Positions 23,236 to 38,828 of a DNA stretch of 64,000 bases are shown here, one piece after another. The DNA is taken from contig JANHCV010000004.1 in assembly GCA_025594325.1 (NCBI GenBank), forward strand, positions 1,240,001 through 1,304,000, written 5' to 3'. This DNA is from Blastocladiella emersonii ATCC 22665. Taxonomy: Eukaryota; Fungi; Blastocladiomycota. A program made the translations under genes and the position numbers. The notes under the pieces were generated by a model that ran no database searches, had not been told where the DNA came from, and worked only from the letters and a program-made list of their open reading frames with translations. The stretch's first letter is position 1, and each line of letters opens with the position of its first letter.

Positions 23236-25700
23236 TTAGTGCGAGTGCGGGTGCAGGGCCTCCTTGGAGTCCATGTCGCCCGACATGTCGATCTGGTGCG
23301 AGTCCTTCTCGTCGCCGGGAACGAGCGCGCGCTGGTGGCGGAGACGACTGTGGCGGTAGCCGTAGCCGCCGTACACGACGAGGCCGAGGGCCATCCAGAT
23401 CGCGAGACGCAGAATGGTCTCGACACCGGTCGTGACGATCAGAGCGCCGGCCGAGAGCGCGCCGAGGCCGGGGATGATGATGGGGCCGAGCGGGACGCGG
23501 AACGGGCGCTCAAGGTCGGGACGCGTGAAGCGCAGCACGGAGACAGAGATGCACACCAGCATGAAGGCTAGAAGGGTGCCGGCAGAGCTAATTTTATCGA
23601 TATCTGCATGTTAGTAGGTGGTCGAAGGTATGAGGTGAAGTGAAGGGACACGTACGTGAGCTGTGATAAAGTCAAGTCCATGTCCGAGGTCCAAGGTCTA
23701 GGTTAGTCAAAGCCACGCGTTGCGCCGCAGCAGTCGAGCACGTACATCACCGAGGAGGTTGCTTTGTATGGGAGGAGGTCAAGTAGGGACAAGAGTGTTA
23801 GTTCATGTCGAGGTACCATGCGATGATCACGAGTGTCGAGACGTACAGCTACAGGTCCCGATGAAGGTCACGATCAGTCCGCGTCAACGACGATGACGGT
23901 ACACGATGGTCACGTACAGGCAGGAAACCGGCAGCGACGACACAGAAGGTGCCCGAGACGATGGTCGAGACCATGGGCGTGCCGAACTTGGGGTGGATGC
24001 GGCCGAACACGGGCGGGAGGAGGCCATCAGCAGCGAGACTGGCGAAGACACGGGGCTGCGCGAGCAGACTGACGAGGATGACCGACGTGAGACCAGCAAC
24101 GCCGCCAATACTGGACAGAGAACGAGTGTAAGCGAAGGCGGCCTCAGGCGACGAGTCACGGTGGCCACGTACGAGACGGCGATCTTGAGCCACGTCATGC
24201 CGAGGTCCTTGACGGCGTCAGCGAGCGGGGCCGACGTGCCAAGCAGCGTGTAGGGCTTGATGCCCGTCAGGCAGAGCGAGACCAGGATGCTACGAGGGTT
24301 GCGAAGGTGAGATTTGGATCAAGGTCTGGACGAGAGCATGAGAGTGCCGTACTAGAGGATGGTGCAGAAGACGAGACTGCCGATGATACCGAGAGGCATG
24401 TCGCGAGCAGGGTTCTTGACCTCTGTGGGTACGAAAACATGTCAGTGGCCAGGTTCGAGTTGATGGTCATGGCCATGGCCAAGGTCACGGCAACGACGTA
24501 CCCTGGGCGCAGGTCGAGACGGCGTCGAAACCGATGTAGGCGAAGAAGACCGAGACACATGCGCGGAGCACACCGGCGAAGCCGTACTTGCCGTCCTCGG
24601 TGCGCTCGGGGATGAAGGGCGACCAGTTCTCTAAATACACACACGCGGCCGCGGTGGTGAGATGTCGGTAGCGCGCGCTGCCCACGTAGATGACGTACCA
24701 GGCTTGACGTAGGACACGGTGCTGAAGAGGAAGAGCATAATCACGATGACCTGAAGACGAGGGAATCGAAGGTCAGGGAGGGAGCGGACGAGGGCCGAGC
24801 GGGTTTGCGCACCTTGACGAAAACCATGGCGTGGTTGAACATGGCCGAGTGGCGGACGCCGAGGCACAAGATCGTGGTGCAGAGCACGACGATGGCGATG
24901 GCGGGCAGGTTGATGATGCCGGTCGTCTCGTCCGAGTAGAAGCCGCGCTTGTCCGAGTACTCGACCGGGCCAACGGTCCAGCGAGTGCCAATATCGGCGC
25001 CGAGCGAGTTGAGGAACGAGACCAGGTACGCGCTCCAGCCGACGGCGACCGTCTACACGCGGTGGCGGAGGTGCGAGGTCAGGATCGGTGGTCGGTGGTC
25101 GGTGGTCGGTGGTCGATGGCCGGTCGCGCTTGGTCGCGGCCACCTCCCACAACCTCCAGAAGACCAAACGTACCGCTGCTCCCATGAGGTACTCGAGCAT
25201 TAAATCCCACCCAATCACCCAACTGCGACCGGGAAAAAGCGTCGGTTAACTACGCCTGGTCGTTGCGGGAGTCGGGGAGCGAAGAAACGTACGCGAGAAG
25301 CTCGCCCGTGGTCGCGTAGGCGTACGTGTAGGCCGAACCGGCCACCGGCACCAGCGCAGCCATCTCCGAGTAGCAGAGACCGGCGAAAGCGCAGGCGAGA
25401 CCCGAGAGGATGAAGGAAAGAACGATGGCCGGGCCGGCGTGGAGCGCGGCGGCCTTGCCCGTGATCACGAAAATGCCGGCGCCGATGATTTCGCCGATGC
25501 CTACACGCATGGAGCGGCCGGCGGCGAGTCAGAATATGCGCAAGAGTCGTCGATGGCCAAGGGAGTGAGGGGAGCATACCGATCATGGTCACGTCCTTGG
25601 CCGTGAGCGTGCGCTTCAGCTGCGAGTTGAGGGCCTCGCGCTGGTAGTCGGTGACCGACTTGACCATGAAGAGGCTTCGTAGGAAGCTTTGCGGCGCCAT
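23236..25700 (-). CDS. APC-superfamily amino acid permease (cationic amino acid transporter-like), many exons
   Basis: LKRTLTAKDVTMIG|IGEIIGAGIFVITG, AGPAIVLSF, CYSEMAALVPVAGSAYTYAY, FFAYIGFDAVST, QPRVFASLAADGLLP, RPFRVPLGP. Confidence 0.93.
25085..25119 (+). repeat. (TCGGTGG)n heptamer microsatellite in a permease intron
   Basis: Four perfect units plus one variant. Confidence 0.85.
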
Positions 25701-26637
25701 GGTTGGTGCAGTGGGTTGTCGTTTACAGAGCAAAGTTCTGAGGGAAGAAGTGGCAAGGGTGCAGTGGGGGTATTCAAGAGCTGTTGATACAGGGCAGGAA
25801 TGTGCGATCCAAGAGAGGGTGAGCGAGGGTGCGGGGCGAGCGCTCCTTTTGAGGCCCACGCCGCGCACTGCGGAGCCCACACACTGCACGCATTCATGAG
25901 GGAGACGCCTGACCGACCAGTGTGCACGCACTCCTGCCGCATGACGGGAGCCACGAGGCCCTTTTTTTTCGAGACGCGGTTCCCACGGACACGTTTTGCA
26001 AAGTGGGCGTCTCGCACCTGCGACTGACCGTTTGCGCACTTTCTTTTTCGCGTCTACACGCGTCGACACGCATCGAGCCCGGCCGCGTCCCGACTGACTT
26101 GCCGAGAGACGTCTCGCTGTCCCCCAGCACACTTTCACGCCCGCGCGAACATGGTGGCCCCGGGAGACTCGCCCGCGCGACCGACGCCTTGTCCGTCTGC
26201 GCTAGACGCCGCCCTTCGGAATGTTGTCTCCTCGCGCACGTGGCAATGTGATACTTCGGCGAACCGACTTCGACGACTTGCACAAGTCGAGTGCTCTGCG
26301 AAGCCTTGGCCATGGCCACGTCGTCGCTACGGCTGAGCGCGTCCCGTTTCAGACAGCGGCCGTGGTGGCGCAGCAGCGCCCAGATTGCCGCGATCAGCAA
26401 GCGCTCAGCCGCCCGATGACGGAGATTGCCGGAGATAGGAGCCGATGTGATCCTTGTGGCAGGCTTCCCAACGGCATCCATTTCCGCCCACGTGGTGGCG
26501 TTGGTAAACGGCCAAGCCGCCGGCGCTTCCGTCTGCCTGTTCAAGACGGGCCGCGGCCGCCGGGAACCCCCCTCGCTCTCCCCCCAACTTGCCAGGGACC
26601 GTCTCGAACACGACCCGCGGCATTCCACCCACCCACC

Positions 26638-28254
26638 ATGGCCACCCGGACCCCCGACAACATGTACTCGCCGCCCAGCAGCCCTGCGGCCGAGGCCGAG
26701 CTGCGCACGCTCGACCTGCTGTCCAACGACGCGCTCGCCGCGGCCGCGGCGTCCTCGTCTTCGGCGACGCCGGCCCCGCCCATGATCACGGGCATCAGCA
26801 TCGACGCGGCCGCGGGCAGCACCTCGCCGTCGCAGGTGTCGCTGCTCCCCGAGCCCGAGCACCCGTGGCTGTCGTCGGGCCTGACGCACCGGCTCAGCTC
26901 GTCCAAGAAGTCGCCCGAGGAGCTGGCGCGGCTGCGCAAGGAGGGCGCGTCGGCCCGCGTCGCGCGCTTCTACGAGGACCAGAACGAGATGATCGACGAG
27001 TACCTCGCGCCCATCAACGCGGGCGAGGACAACGACGACGACGCCAAGGTCACGCTCGCTGTGCGCGCGAGTCTCGGTGTCAACGTGCTGCTCCTCATGT
27101 ACGAGCGCGCGTGGGGCTGGCTGCGCAGGGTCGTTCGCTCACCTCGTACCCTTCGTGTAGCTGCCAGATCGCTGCCGCCACGTCGTCGGGCTCCATGTCG
27201 CTCCTCGCCACGGCGACCGACTCGTTCATGGACCTGGTCTCGGGTGTATGTTGCCCACTTGACGACGCTCTCATATTCGTCGGCTGACCCGCTGTCCCCG
27301 TCGTCTCGGATCCAGGGTATCCTCCTCCTCGCCGACCGGGCCGCCAAGCGCCAGAACATCCTCGACTACCCGACCGGCAAGAAGCGGTTTGAGACGATCG
27401 GCGTCATCGTGTTCGCGTGTCTCATGGCCACGGTCGCCATCCAGATTGTGGTACGTGTCGCTTCGTGCACTCGTACTAGACGACAATGGACATGGTCTCA
27501 CCCACGACGTCTCGCGCTCAGATTGAGGCGATCCGCGGCCTGGCTGCTGGCCAGGAAGACGGCACCGTGGTAGACCTTAAGGAGATCCTGCTCATCTCGG
27601 CTGCGCTCGGTACGCCTTCTGCTTGTTCCCTGCCTCGCGACTTGAACTCACACTACCGCCAACCACGCTAGCCGCCAAGGTCTGTCTGTTCCTGTACTGC
27701 AACTCGCTGCGCCAGTACAACACGGCGGCGACGCTGGCCACGGACCACCGCAACGACCTGGTCCTCAACTCGTTCGGTCTCACCATGTCGCTGCTCGGCG
27801 TCAAGCTCCTGTGGTGGCTCGATCCCGTCGGCGGTATCGGCATCGGTCTCCTCATTCTCCGCTCGTGGGCCGAGACCGCATGGGGTACGCGCTCTCTCAC
27901 TCGTGCCGCATCCTGAACTTGCCTAACCGCCGCCCACAACCCAACCCAACAGAGAACATCCAGCTGATCATCGGCCGCTCGGCGCCGCCCGCGTTCCTCA
28001 ACAAGATCACGTACCTGGCCGCGACGCACCACCCGAGCGTGCTGCAGGTCGACACGTGCAAGGCGTACTGGCTCGGCAACAACATGTTCGTCGAGGTCGA
28101 CATTGTGCTCCCGCCCGACATGACGCTGCGCGAGTCGCACGACATTGGGGAGGCGCTCCAGATGAAGCTCGAGTCGCTGCCCAACGTCGAGCGCGCGTTT
28201 GTCCACGTCGACTACGAGTTTGACCACAGTCCCGAGCACCGGCCCAAGCAGTAG
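26638..28254 (+). CDS. Cation diffusion facilitator, Mn-CDF (MTP8-11-like) transporter
   Basis: FYEDQN, TDSFMD and DHRND (DxxxD metal sites typical of Mn-CDFs), YPTGKKRFE, WWLDPVGG, and a C-terminal dimerisation domain ending VERAFVHVDYE. Confidence 0.93.
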
Positions 28255-28600
28255 GGCCTGTGCAGTAGGGCCTGTGTTTGTGTTGGCTAAGTTTTGCATT
28301 GATCCCACCGCGCGGTGTGCGAGTCCCCCAAAAAGAGATACACGGCTTGATAACTGTTGTCACTGACCTTGTCCGAGCTTCGGCAAGCCAGCGCACAGGC
28401 GAGGGAAGCGCGAGCGGAGCAAGAGACCGGCCGGGACATGAAACGCGACGCGTCATGGTCACGTTGGGCCGTTCGACCCCGTCGCGTCGATCCTCCCACG
28501 CGCCTTCAGCAGACGCTCGCTCTTCCGCACCTCAACCATCGAGCCGCACACTCCATGAAACTTGTACACTAGTAGCGCACTCGCAACCAACCTTACCAAG

Positions 28601-30066
28601 ATGCGCAACGTGGCCGTCCTGCACAAGACGGGCAAGATCCTGTTCTCCCGGAACTGTATGCCCTCACCCCGCTCTGGTTCTAGCAGAGAACACTGAAGCT
28701 CGTGGCCTTGTAGACCAGGGCGATCCGCTGGAGCGCAAGTACGCCGCTCCTGCTTGTTGAACCCTCGCTGCCCGCGGACTGACCACGACGGCCTTGTAGC
28801 GTCATGATCGGCTTCGCGTCGTCGATCCCGAACCTGACGCGCACGCTGCTGCACGAGGACGTGCACCAGGTCATGGGTCTGCGCACACGCATCGTGCTCA
28901 AGCCGTCTGGCGACGTACGCTTCTTCCCTTCCCCCCACACCCAACCCAAACCCTTACGCCACGCGTTCTCGCGTGTAGTACCTGTTTCTCGCGCACGTCG
29001 ACAACTCGGTCCCGTCGATCGTCGCGGCCAACGTGCTGACGGAGCTGATCCGGGCGCTGCAGCTGCTGTACGGGCATCCGGAGACGTGGACGCACGACAA
29101 CGTCGATTTCGACGGGTGCCAGGACATGATCGAGATGATGTGCACGCGCGGCATGTTCGACCCGTGTGTCGCGCTGTGCGGGCTCCAAAAGGTACGTCCG
29201 TCGGCAACACGTAGGCGATGCCCATCCTGACCAAGTCCCCTCGCGCGACGTAGACGCCCATCAAACACGAGTCGCGGCTGCGCCTCGACAAGCTGCTCGT
29301 GTACCTCGAGTCGATCCAGGGCATCTGCAACAACGCGTCGATGCTGCTGGTCGGCGACACGGTGATCCTGTCGCGGTTCGAGCTGGAGCCGTCGCGCCAG
29401 CTGCTGTACCTGCACAAGGCGCGCCCGCTCGGCACGCAGGTCCTCGCCTTCACGCCCGTGTTCATGACGACCTCGTGGTTCGGCCTGCTGCGCATCCAGC
29501 TCGCCACCTACACGCTGCTAGTCCTGTGCCACCTCGACCGCGCACTGCCGCAGACGACGCCCGGCACGACGCCGGCCACGGCACCCGCGGGCGGGTCGGG
29601 CGAGGCCCCCGAGACGCTCGCGACGGCGGGCGCGACGGCGACGCCGCTCGCCGCACTGCTGGCGAAAGTGACCGAGTTCCAGAGCATGTTCCTGTACGCG
29701 CGGCTGGAGCTGCCGAGCGAGGAGAAGCCCGCGCTGCTGCGCCAGTTTGCCAAGCGCGAGACGCTCCTGTTCCTGCACCTGCACGTCAAGACGGGCACCG
29801 TCACGTTCCCGCAGCCGCGCCCGCTGCCCGAGGTGCAGACGCGCGAACTGTACTCGACGTTCTGGGCGCTGTTCGGCGAGGCCAAGGCCGCGTTCCATGT
29901 CCCCGGAACCCGCGAGGTGACGTTTGCGCGCGAGGCGTACCGGTTCCACGCGCGCGTCGACCCCGACCAGGAGCTGTACGTCCTGTTCGCCGCGGACGCG
30001 GTCGCGCTCGAGCAGATCCATGGGCATGTCCAGGAGATTCTCGTCAACATGCAGCGGCAGCACTAA
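28601..30066 (+). CDS. Tri-longin domain protein of the Fuz/Mon1/HPS1 family, most like Fuzzy
   Basis: N-terminal VAVLHKTGKILFSR, middle SMLLVGDTVILSR..TPVFM..LLRIQL..TLLVLC, C-terminal LLFLHLH..FWALF..ELYVLF. Spliced product of roughly 400 aa with GTACG/GTATG introns. Similarity judged from memory of the Fuzzy sequence. Confidence 0.55.
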
Positions 30067-30090
30067 GGTCACTCGGGGAGAGTAATATAT

Positions 30091-31610
30091 TCACGTCGTC
30101 GTTGATAGTCTTCTTGGTGGAGGAACCGACGACCGCTGGACCCAGTTCCACGTATCGCGGCACATATCCTCGACGGAGCGGTGCGGCGTCCAGCGTAGCT
30201 CGCGGCGCGCGAGTGTCGAGTCGGCCACGACGCACGCCACGTCGCCCGGCCGCGGCGTGTCGAGGACGAGCGGCACCGCGCGCCCGCTCACGCGCTCCAT
30301 GGCCCGCACCATCTCGAGGACCGTGGTGCCCTGCCCCGTGCCGAGGTTGTACACGGCGCACGAAGATGATGGGCCCTGGTGCTGCTGGTGCTGCGGCGCC
30401 GCGGGCCGTACTGGCGATGTCGGCGCCGAGCTCGGGGGAGGAGGGAACACGCGCAGCGCGCAGACATGCGCGGCCGCGAGATCCAAGACGTGGACGTAAT
30501 CCCGCACCGCAGTCCCGTCGCGCGTCGGGTAGTGGTTCCCGTACACGTTGAGCGACGGCAGATCGCCCCGCACCACATGCGCGAGGAACGGCATGAGGTT
30601 CGACGGCGCGCCGCGCGGGTTCTCCCCGAGCAACCCGGACGGATGCGCGCCGCACGGGTTGAAGTAGCGCAGGATCGTCACGGTCCACCCGGACTCGGCG
30701 GCCGCCACGTCGCGCAGGATCCGCTCGCAAAACTCCTTGCTCCGGCCGTACGGGTTCACGGCGTGCGTCCCGTCGCGCTCCTGGACCCCGCGAGCGCCCT
30801 GCGTCCGCTGCACGCCCGTGTCGAGCCGCGGCGAGTGGACGGCGCGCGGGAACGCGCGGCGCAGGCGGTGGTGGTGCGGGAGGAGCAGCGGGCGTGGGAT
30901 TGGGTCGTGGTCGAGCGGTGGCGGCGAGGGTGCGCGGATGAGCGGCGGGGTAGGCGGCGACGAGGCGAGTGCCGCGTCAATGTCGCTGCTGTCCATGCTG
31001 TCGTCGCCATCGCCCGGGTCACCGTCCCTGTCGCTTCCCGAAGCCGAGTCGCTCGAGTCGCCGTCGAGCGGGAGCGGCGACCCCGCGACCTCGAGCTCGC
31101 CGTAGACGGCGGCGGACGAGCTGAAGATGAGCCGGCGCACGGCGTGGCGGCGCATGACGGCGAGCAGCGTGAGCAGGCCCGTGACGTTGGTGTGGTAGTA
31201 GGGGAGCGGGGCGGCGACCGACTCGGCGACGACCTTGAGCGCGGCCATGTGGATGACGGCGTCGATGCGGTGGTCGCGGAACACGGCGTCGAGGGCGCGG
31301 TCGTCGAGGACCGAGGCGTGGTAGAAGGGGATCGGGGCGGCGCACCCGGCGAGCGCGGCGACGGCATCGAGCGGGTCGCGCGTCGCGTTCGATAGGTCGT
31401 CGAGGACTACGACGCGGTAGCCGGCTTGCAGGAGCTCGAGGCAGGTGTGCGACTGGTGGGGGAGGGGGTGCGTCAGTCGCGAGTGTGGCGGCGTGATGGG
31501 GTCGAGGGAAGGCGTACGCCAATGTAGCCGCATCCGCCCGTGACGAGGACGGTCGGCGGTCGTGGGGGCGCGCCATCGAGCGAGGCGGCGGTGATGGTGG
31601 CGGCGTCCAT
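30091..31610 (-). CDS. galE: UDP-glucose 4-epimerase
   Basis: VLVTGGCGYIG|SHTCLELL across intron 31453-31517; IHMAALKVVAES, FSSSAAVYG, NPYGRSK (YxxxK), LRYFNPCGAH, DGTAVRDYVHVLDLA. An in-frame ATG at 31652 is an alternative start. Confidence 0.95.
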
Positions 31611-32523
31611 GGCCTCCGGCAGCGTCGAATTCGGTCGGTTCTCCATCATCATCCAGCGTGCATGTGCAAGTTGTTGCGACGGCTAGTCCATGAGCTGCAT
31701 CCGTGTGTTGGGAGAGAAGCGATGCGCTGCGAGGCCCGGGGACGCGATCGGTCACAGCGCGTAGGCGCAGACGCGGAGCGGTTCTCTCCGCGATGAAACG
31801 TGCAATCTGCATCTGGCCCGCCCGGAACACGGGAAAAGCCAATCACACGCCGCGGGAGACACTTGTTCATTGCACGGCGCGTGGGCGCAGGTGACCCGCG
31901 GGGGACACTTTTTTTTCCCCTCCTTCGCGCGCCGCGCGGCGCGTCGTGCGTGCGCCTCGCCGCCTTCCCATCGCGCCCGCGGACTTGGGTGCCGCGAATC
32001 TGCTGTCTGCAAGGATGCGAGCTGGAGAGCGCGTGTGTTGATCTTGCAGGGCAGGAAAACGTTGTGAGTTTGGGAGGGAGCGTTCCGCCGCGCCCTGCGC
32101 GCGTCACTGCGCGCACTCTCGAGTCTACCTCCTCCCGACGTGTCGAGGATTCGCGACAGTCGGTTCGGAGCGCGAACTTGAGCGAGTGCTTGAGGCGGAG
32201 GCGCGAACTTGCAAGCGAGCGCTCCTGTTCGCCTCTCGCCCGCGGTCGCGGCCCCGCTTTCTCCTCCCCTCGCACCTCCCTCTCCTCTCCATCCAATCCC
32301 GCCCTCTCCAAGGCCGCCGATCCCCCGCAACGCACACTGCGCGCACTCGCCGCAACGCATCTCGACGCATTCCGCACCAGCCTCGGGAGACATTGGCTGT
32401 CCCCGCCCGCCTGCTGCCGTCGCCATCAACAAGGACGACAAGTCTGCCCTCCATTCCGCGCCCCGCCGACGCGCGCGTCTCTCCACCTCCCTCTTCTCTC
32501 CACCAGCACCACCGCGCACACGA

Positions 32524-35130
32524 ATGTCCTCTTCCCGCGCCTCGGCCGCCGGCCGCGGTCTCCCGCCACCTGATGGCGGCGACGCCGACGACCGCATGGA
32601 CGTGGACTCGTCGTCCTCGGCCGCTGCTGGCCGCGACGATATGATGGACCTGGACGGCGACGACGGTGACGACGACGACGAGCCGACCGACAGCAACGCG
32701 GCCGACGGCGAAGCCGACGAAGACGACGGCACGCCCGCGCCCGACACCACGGGCACTGGCTGGCGGCGCGCCGCGGCCGCCGCGCCCGCGCGCAGCGCGA
32801 GCCCGTCGAGCGGAGACGACGGCGACGGCGACGGCGAGGACTACAACTCGGGCGCCGGCGGGTTCGCGTCCGGCGACGACGACGATGTCGGGTCCGAGCG
32901 CCTGCTCCGCGCCGCGCCCGACGCCAACGCCGCTGCCGCTGCGGGCTCAACGACGACGGCGACAGCGGGTGCTGCCGCGGTGGAAGCCGGCGAGACCGCG
33001 TCCGACGCGGCGTTCTCGGTCGACTCGCTCGCGCTCGACGCTCCGGGTTCAGCCTCGGCCTCGACGTCCGCGCTCAAGGTCACGGTCGCGTCGACGTCGG
33101 CCAAGACCATCCCCGTCCCCGAGGACGACATGGCCGTTGACGAGGACGACGAGTCGGGGTCGGGCTCCGGCAGCAGCGGCGAGGAGGAAGAAGGAGAGGA
33201 GGACGACGACGAGGACACGCCCATCGCCGCCGCTGCCGCGACCGCGCGACCGGTCGCGCCGCCCGCCCCCGCGCCCAAACGCCCCTACGTCCCCATGACC
33301 GCCGCCGCGGCCGTCGCGTGGCGGAAACAGGCCGCCCGCAAGACCAAGTTCGCCGACACTGCCGCCGCAGTGGATGCAGCGTCCAAGGCGATGCTCGGGG
33401 CCTACGCTGCCCACGTCAACGGCGCGCGTCCGGCTCCCGCCGCGGCTGCTGCTTCGGTCCCTGCCGCCAGTGCCAGCGACGATGAAGAGCAGGAGGACGA
33501 GGAGGAAGAGGAAGAGGAGGAGGACGACGATGACGATGAAGACGAGGACGACGACGCGTCGCACCTCGACCTCGACCCCGCCACCGAGTCGATCCGCCGC
33601 GAGGCCATCACGCAGCTGCGCGAGATCGAGGAGAGCTTTGAGCAGCTCCGCCGCGCGTACGTCTTCTCCATGTGTCTCACCGACTCGACCCGCACTGACT
33701 CACCACCACCGCGTCCCGACCATGTAGCCTGTTCGAGGAGCGCATGAACCACTTCAAGCTCGAGGAGGCGCAGATCAAGAACGGCACGCACCCGGACTAC
33801 CTGGAGCGGCTGGCCGCCGTGAACCAGGGCGACGCGGGCCGCCGCGGCCGCGCCGAGGCGCGGAGGCGGCACGCCGTCGACAGCGCGCGCCGCGAGTTTG
33901 CCGCCATCAAGGCCCAGGGCGAGCGCGAGTTCATTGACCTGCGCGCGCGCCTCCGCCTCGACCGCGTCCGCACCGCCCAGCGCGCCATGTTCCAGCTCAA
34001 GGCCGAGCGGCGCAAGCTCGAGGGCCGCGGGTATAACCCAAAGTCGATCGCGCCGTTTGGTACGCGCTTCTCTCGCTCGCTCGACGTTGCGCGACGAACA
34101 CTGACCCTCGTCTCGTGCCCACGAACGTGTAGTCGACCGCGCGTCCCCGCTCAGCGGCGCCGGCCCGTCGCGCACGTACCTGGCCAAGCGCCGCCGCAAG
34201 ATGAAGCTGCTGGTCGAGGACATGCGCATGCTGCACGCCAAGTTTGGGTACCCGGTGCTGTGCGTCGACCCGCTCACCCCGCAGGAGGTGACCCAGGACC
34301 TGTACGCGATCCAGAGCGGCGCCGCCAAGCTCGCTGCCGCGGCCGCCGCCGCCGCGAGCAACGCGCATCACCACCACCACCACGCTCGGCACCATCATGT
34401 CCATCACGCGCAACAGCAACAGGTGCAGCAGCAGCAGCAGCAGCAGCAGGCGCAGCCCATGTCGCAGAGCCAGCCGCCGCACTACTACTACCAGCAGCAC
34501 CACCAGAAGCAGCTCCAGATCCAGCAGGCGCAGGTCCAGCAGCAGCAGCAGCAGGCGCAGCAGGCGCAGGTCCAGCAGCAGCAGCAGCAGGCGCAGCAGG
34601 CGCAGGCCCAGCGGCTCCAGCAGCAGCTCCAGCAGAAGCAGCAGGCACAGAAGCAAAAAGCGCAGGCCCCGAAACCGCCCAAGGTCGTGGTGCCCGCGCA
34701 GCAGCCCGCCATGCCCGCGCCACCCGCCGCCCCGCGCGCGACCGTGACCGGCCGCCCGGGCACCCTGACGCTGCGCGGCGCCGACCTCCCCGTCGGCACC
34801 CCCGCGACGCTGACCGAGGTCGCCACCCACACGCGGTACGCGGCCCGGCTCAGCGGCGTGTTCGCCGCCGAGGACGCGACCGTCTGGACCCGGCCCGACG
34901 GGTCGCGCACCCGCGTCAGCTTCGACGAGCTCAGGGCCGGCGCCGTCCTCGTGGATATCGAGCCCGGAGCGAACGCGCGGCCGCCACAACCGGCGGCGGT
35001 GGGGGCGGGAGCGGCGGGGCAGCCGCCCGTCGGCGTGTACGCGCCACCACCACCAGCAGGTGCTGCAGCCGCGGCGGCGGCGGCGGCGTATCCCGCGGCG
35101 GCGGCGAGCGCGGGCGTGCGGACACGTTAG
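32524..35130 (+). CDS. Sds3-like subunit of the Sin3/Rpd3L HDAC complex, with an acidic N-terminus and polyQ
   Basis: Coiled coil RREAITQLREIEESFEQLRRA|LFEERM..IKNGTHPDY (Sds3-like domain) and a C-terminal VWTRPDGSRTRVSFDELRAG resembling the Sds3/BRMS1 C-terminus. Confidence 0.8.
34420..34650 (+). repeat. CAG-rich polyQ tract including a 36-nt tandem duplication (34525-34596)
   Basis: CAGGCGCAGGTCCAGCAGCAGCAGCAGCAGGCGCAG occurs twice. Confidence 0.9.
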
Positions 35131-35853
35131 TCGTGGTTTGTGACGAGGTTTTGTTGCTCGCTGTTCATCTATCAATCCCAACTTGTTCCACTTGACCGAC
35201 CGACGGATCCCCGACGAGAGAGTCGCGACCACGGCGACTGGTCGCTCGCGACCATGGCCGCCACCTCGAATGACCGAAGCGAACGCTCAATCGCGACCAT
35301 AGCCACTGGTCGTGCACGACCACGACCAGCCCACTTGAGACGCAAGAGAGCACGAGATTTTGACCAACCAACCTCCCGGACAGCCGGGGGCACTTATGAT
35401 TATGAAAACAAGATCAGCAACGCACGCCAGCGGCGGACGGCGAGGAGGGAGGGAGGGAGGGGGAGAAAGGGACGAGCAGTCGAGGGGGAACGGAACAGGG
35501 CAGACAAGAGTGAGGACGGGGAGGAGAGTGCGGCGGGCACATGCGAGTCGAGTCGAGGGCAACAACAACAACAAGGAACAGGGGGATGATAACTAAGTAA
35601 CTAAGTCTCGAACGAGGGGAAGGGAAGGAAAGGAGAGAAGGTGGCGGAGAGGGAGCCCAATCCCTCACACGCGCTCGACACGACCACACGCGAACGACAC
35701 ACGGACCTCGGCGCATCCTCGTCGTACCCGTCCGTCCCCCGTCCGACAACCGACCCGCGCGATGACCAGAGAAAGGGAGGGGAGGGGAGGGGAGGGGGGA
35801 CTGATCGGCAGCGACGACGACAGCGACAGCGACACGCGACGCACGACGACGCT

Positions 35854-38307
<2,454 letters not shown>

Positions 38308-38828
38308 TCAAAGGTTTTTCCACGGTTCCGGGGCGTCCGTAGCGGCTACGAATCGAGTGGGCGAGGTCGAACGAAACACACAAAGGACGGCGTCGGAACG
38401 CTTTTTTTGTGATTTTTGGGGGATGAGGGGGAGGGGTCGGTCAGGCCGGCGCGGGGTCGGGCTGTGCGGGTGGTTGCTGGATCAGTCCGGAGAGAGAAAG
38501 CGTGCGTTGCGGGCGGGCGCGCGGGATGAGGTGGCAACGTGAGCGCGCGCGGGCCCGTTGCCATGGGCCCCTCGGGCTCCGCTTGCGCATCACGTGCCGG
38601 CGTGCTGCCTCGTCTTTTTCGCTTCCTGTGTTCTTTTGTCTTCTCGGTTGTTTCGTTCGCCTTGCTTTCAGGTTGCGCTCAAGCTCACGGTTTCCAGAGT
38701 CGAGTGGAGATGGGCATGCAGAACCGTGTGTTTGTATCGAAATCAGAGACTCGGGCAAAAGACACGGCCGCGCAACAGCAGGCTCGGTCGGGGAAGATCG
38801 GCACAAGAAGGGGGTCGGGAAAAGACGC

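Noticed and set aside
23236-25700. APC permease as a recent bacterial horizontal transfer
   Set aside because: It resembles bacterial CAT-like permeases, but it has many host-type introns and the family is widespread in eukaryotes; nothing in the sequence alone supports recent transfer.
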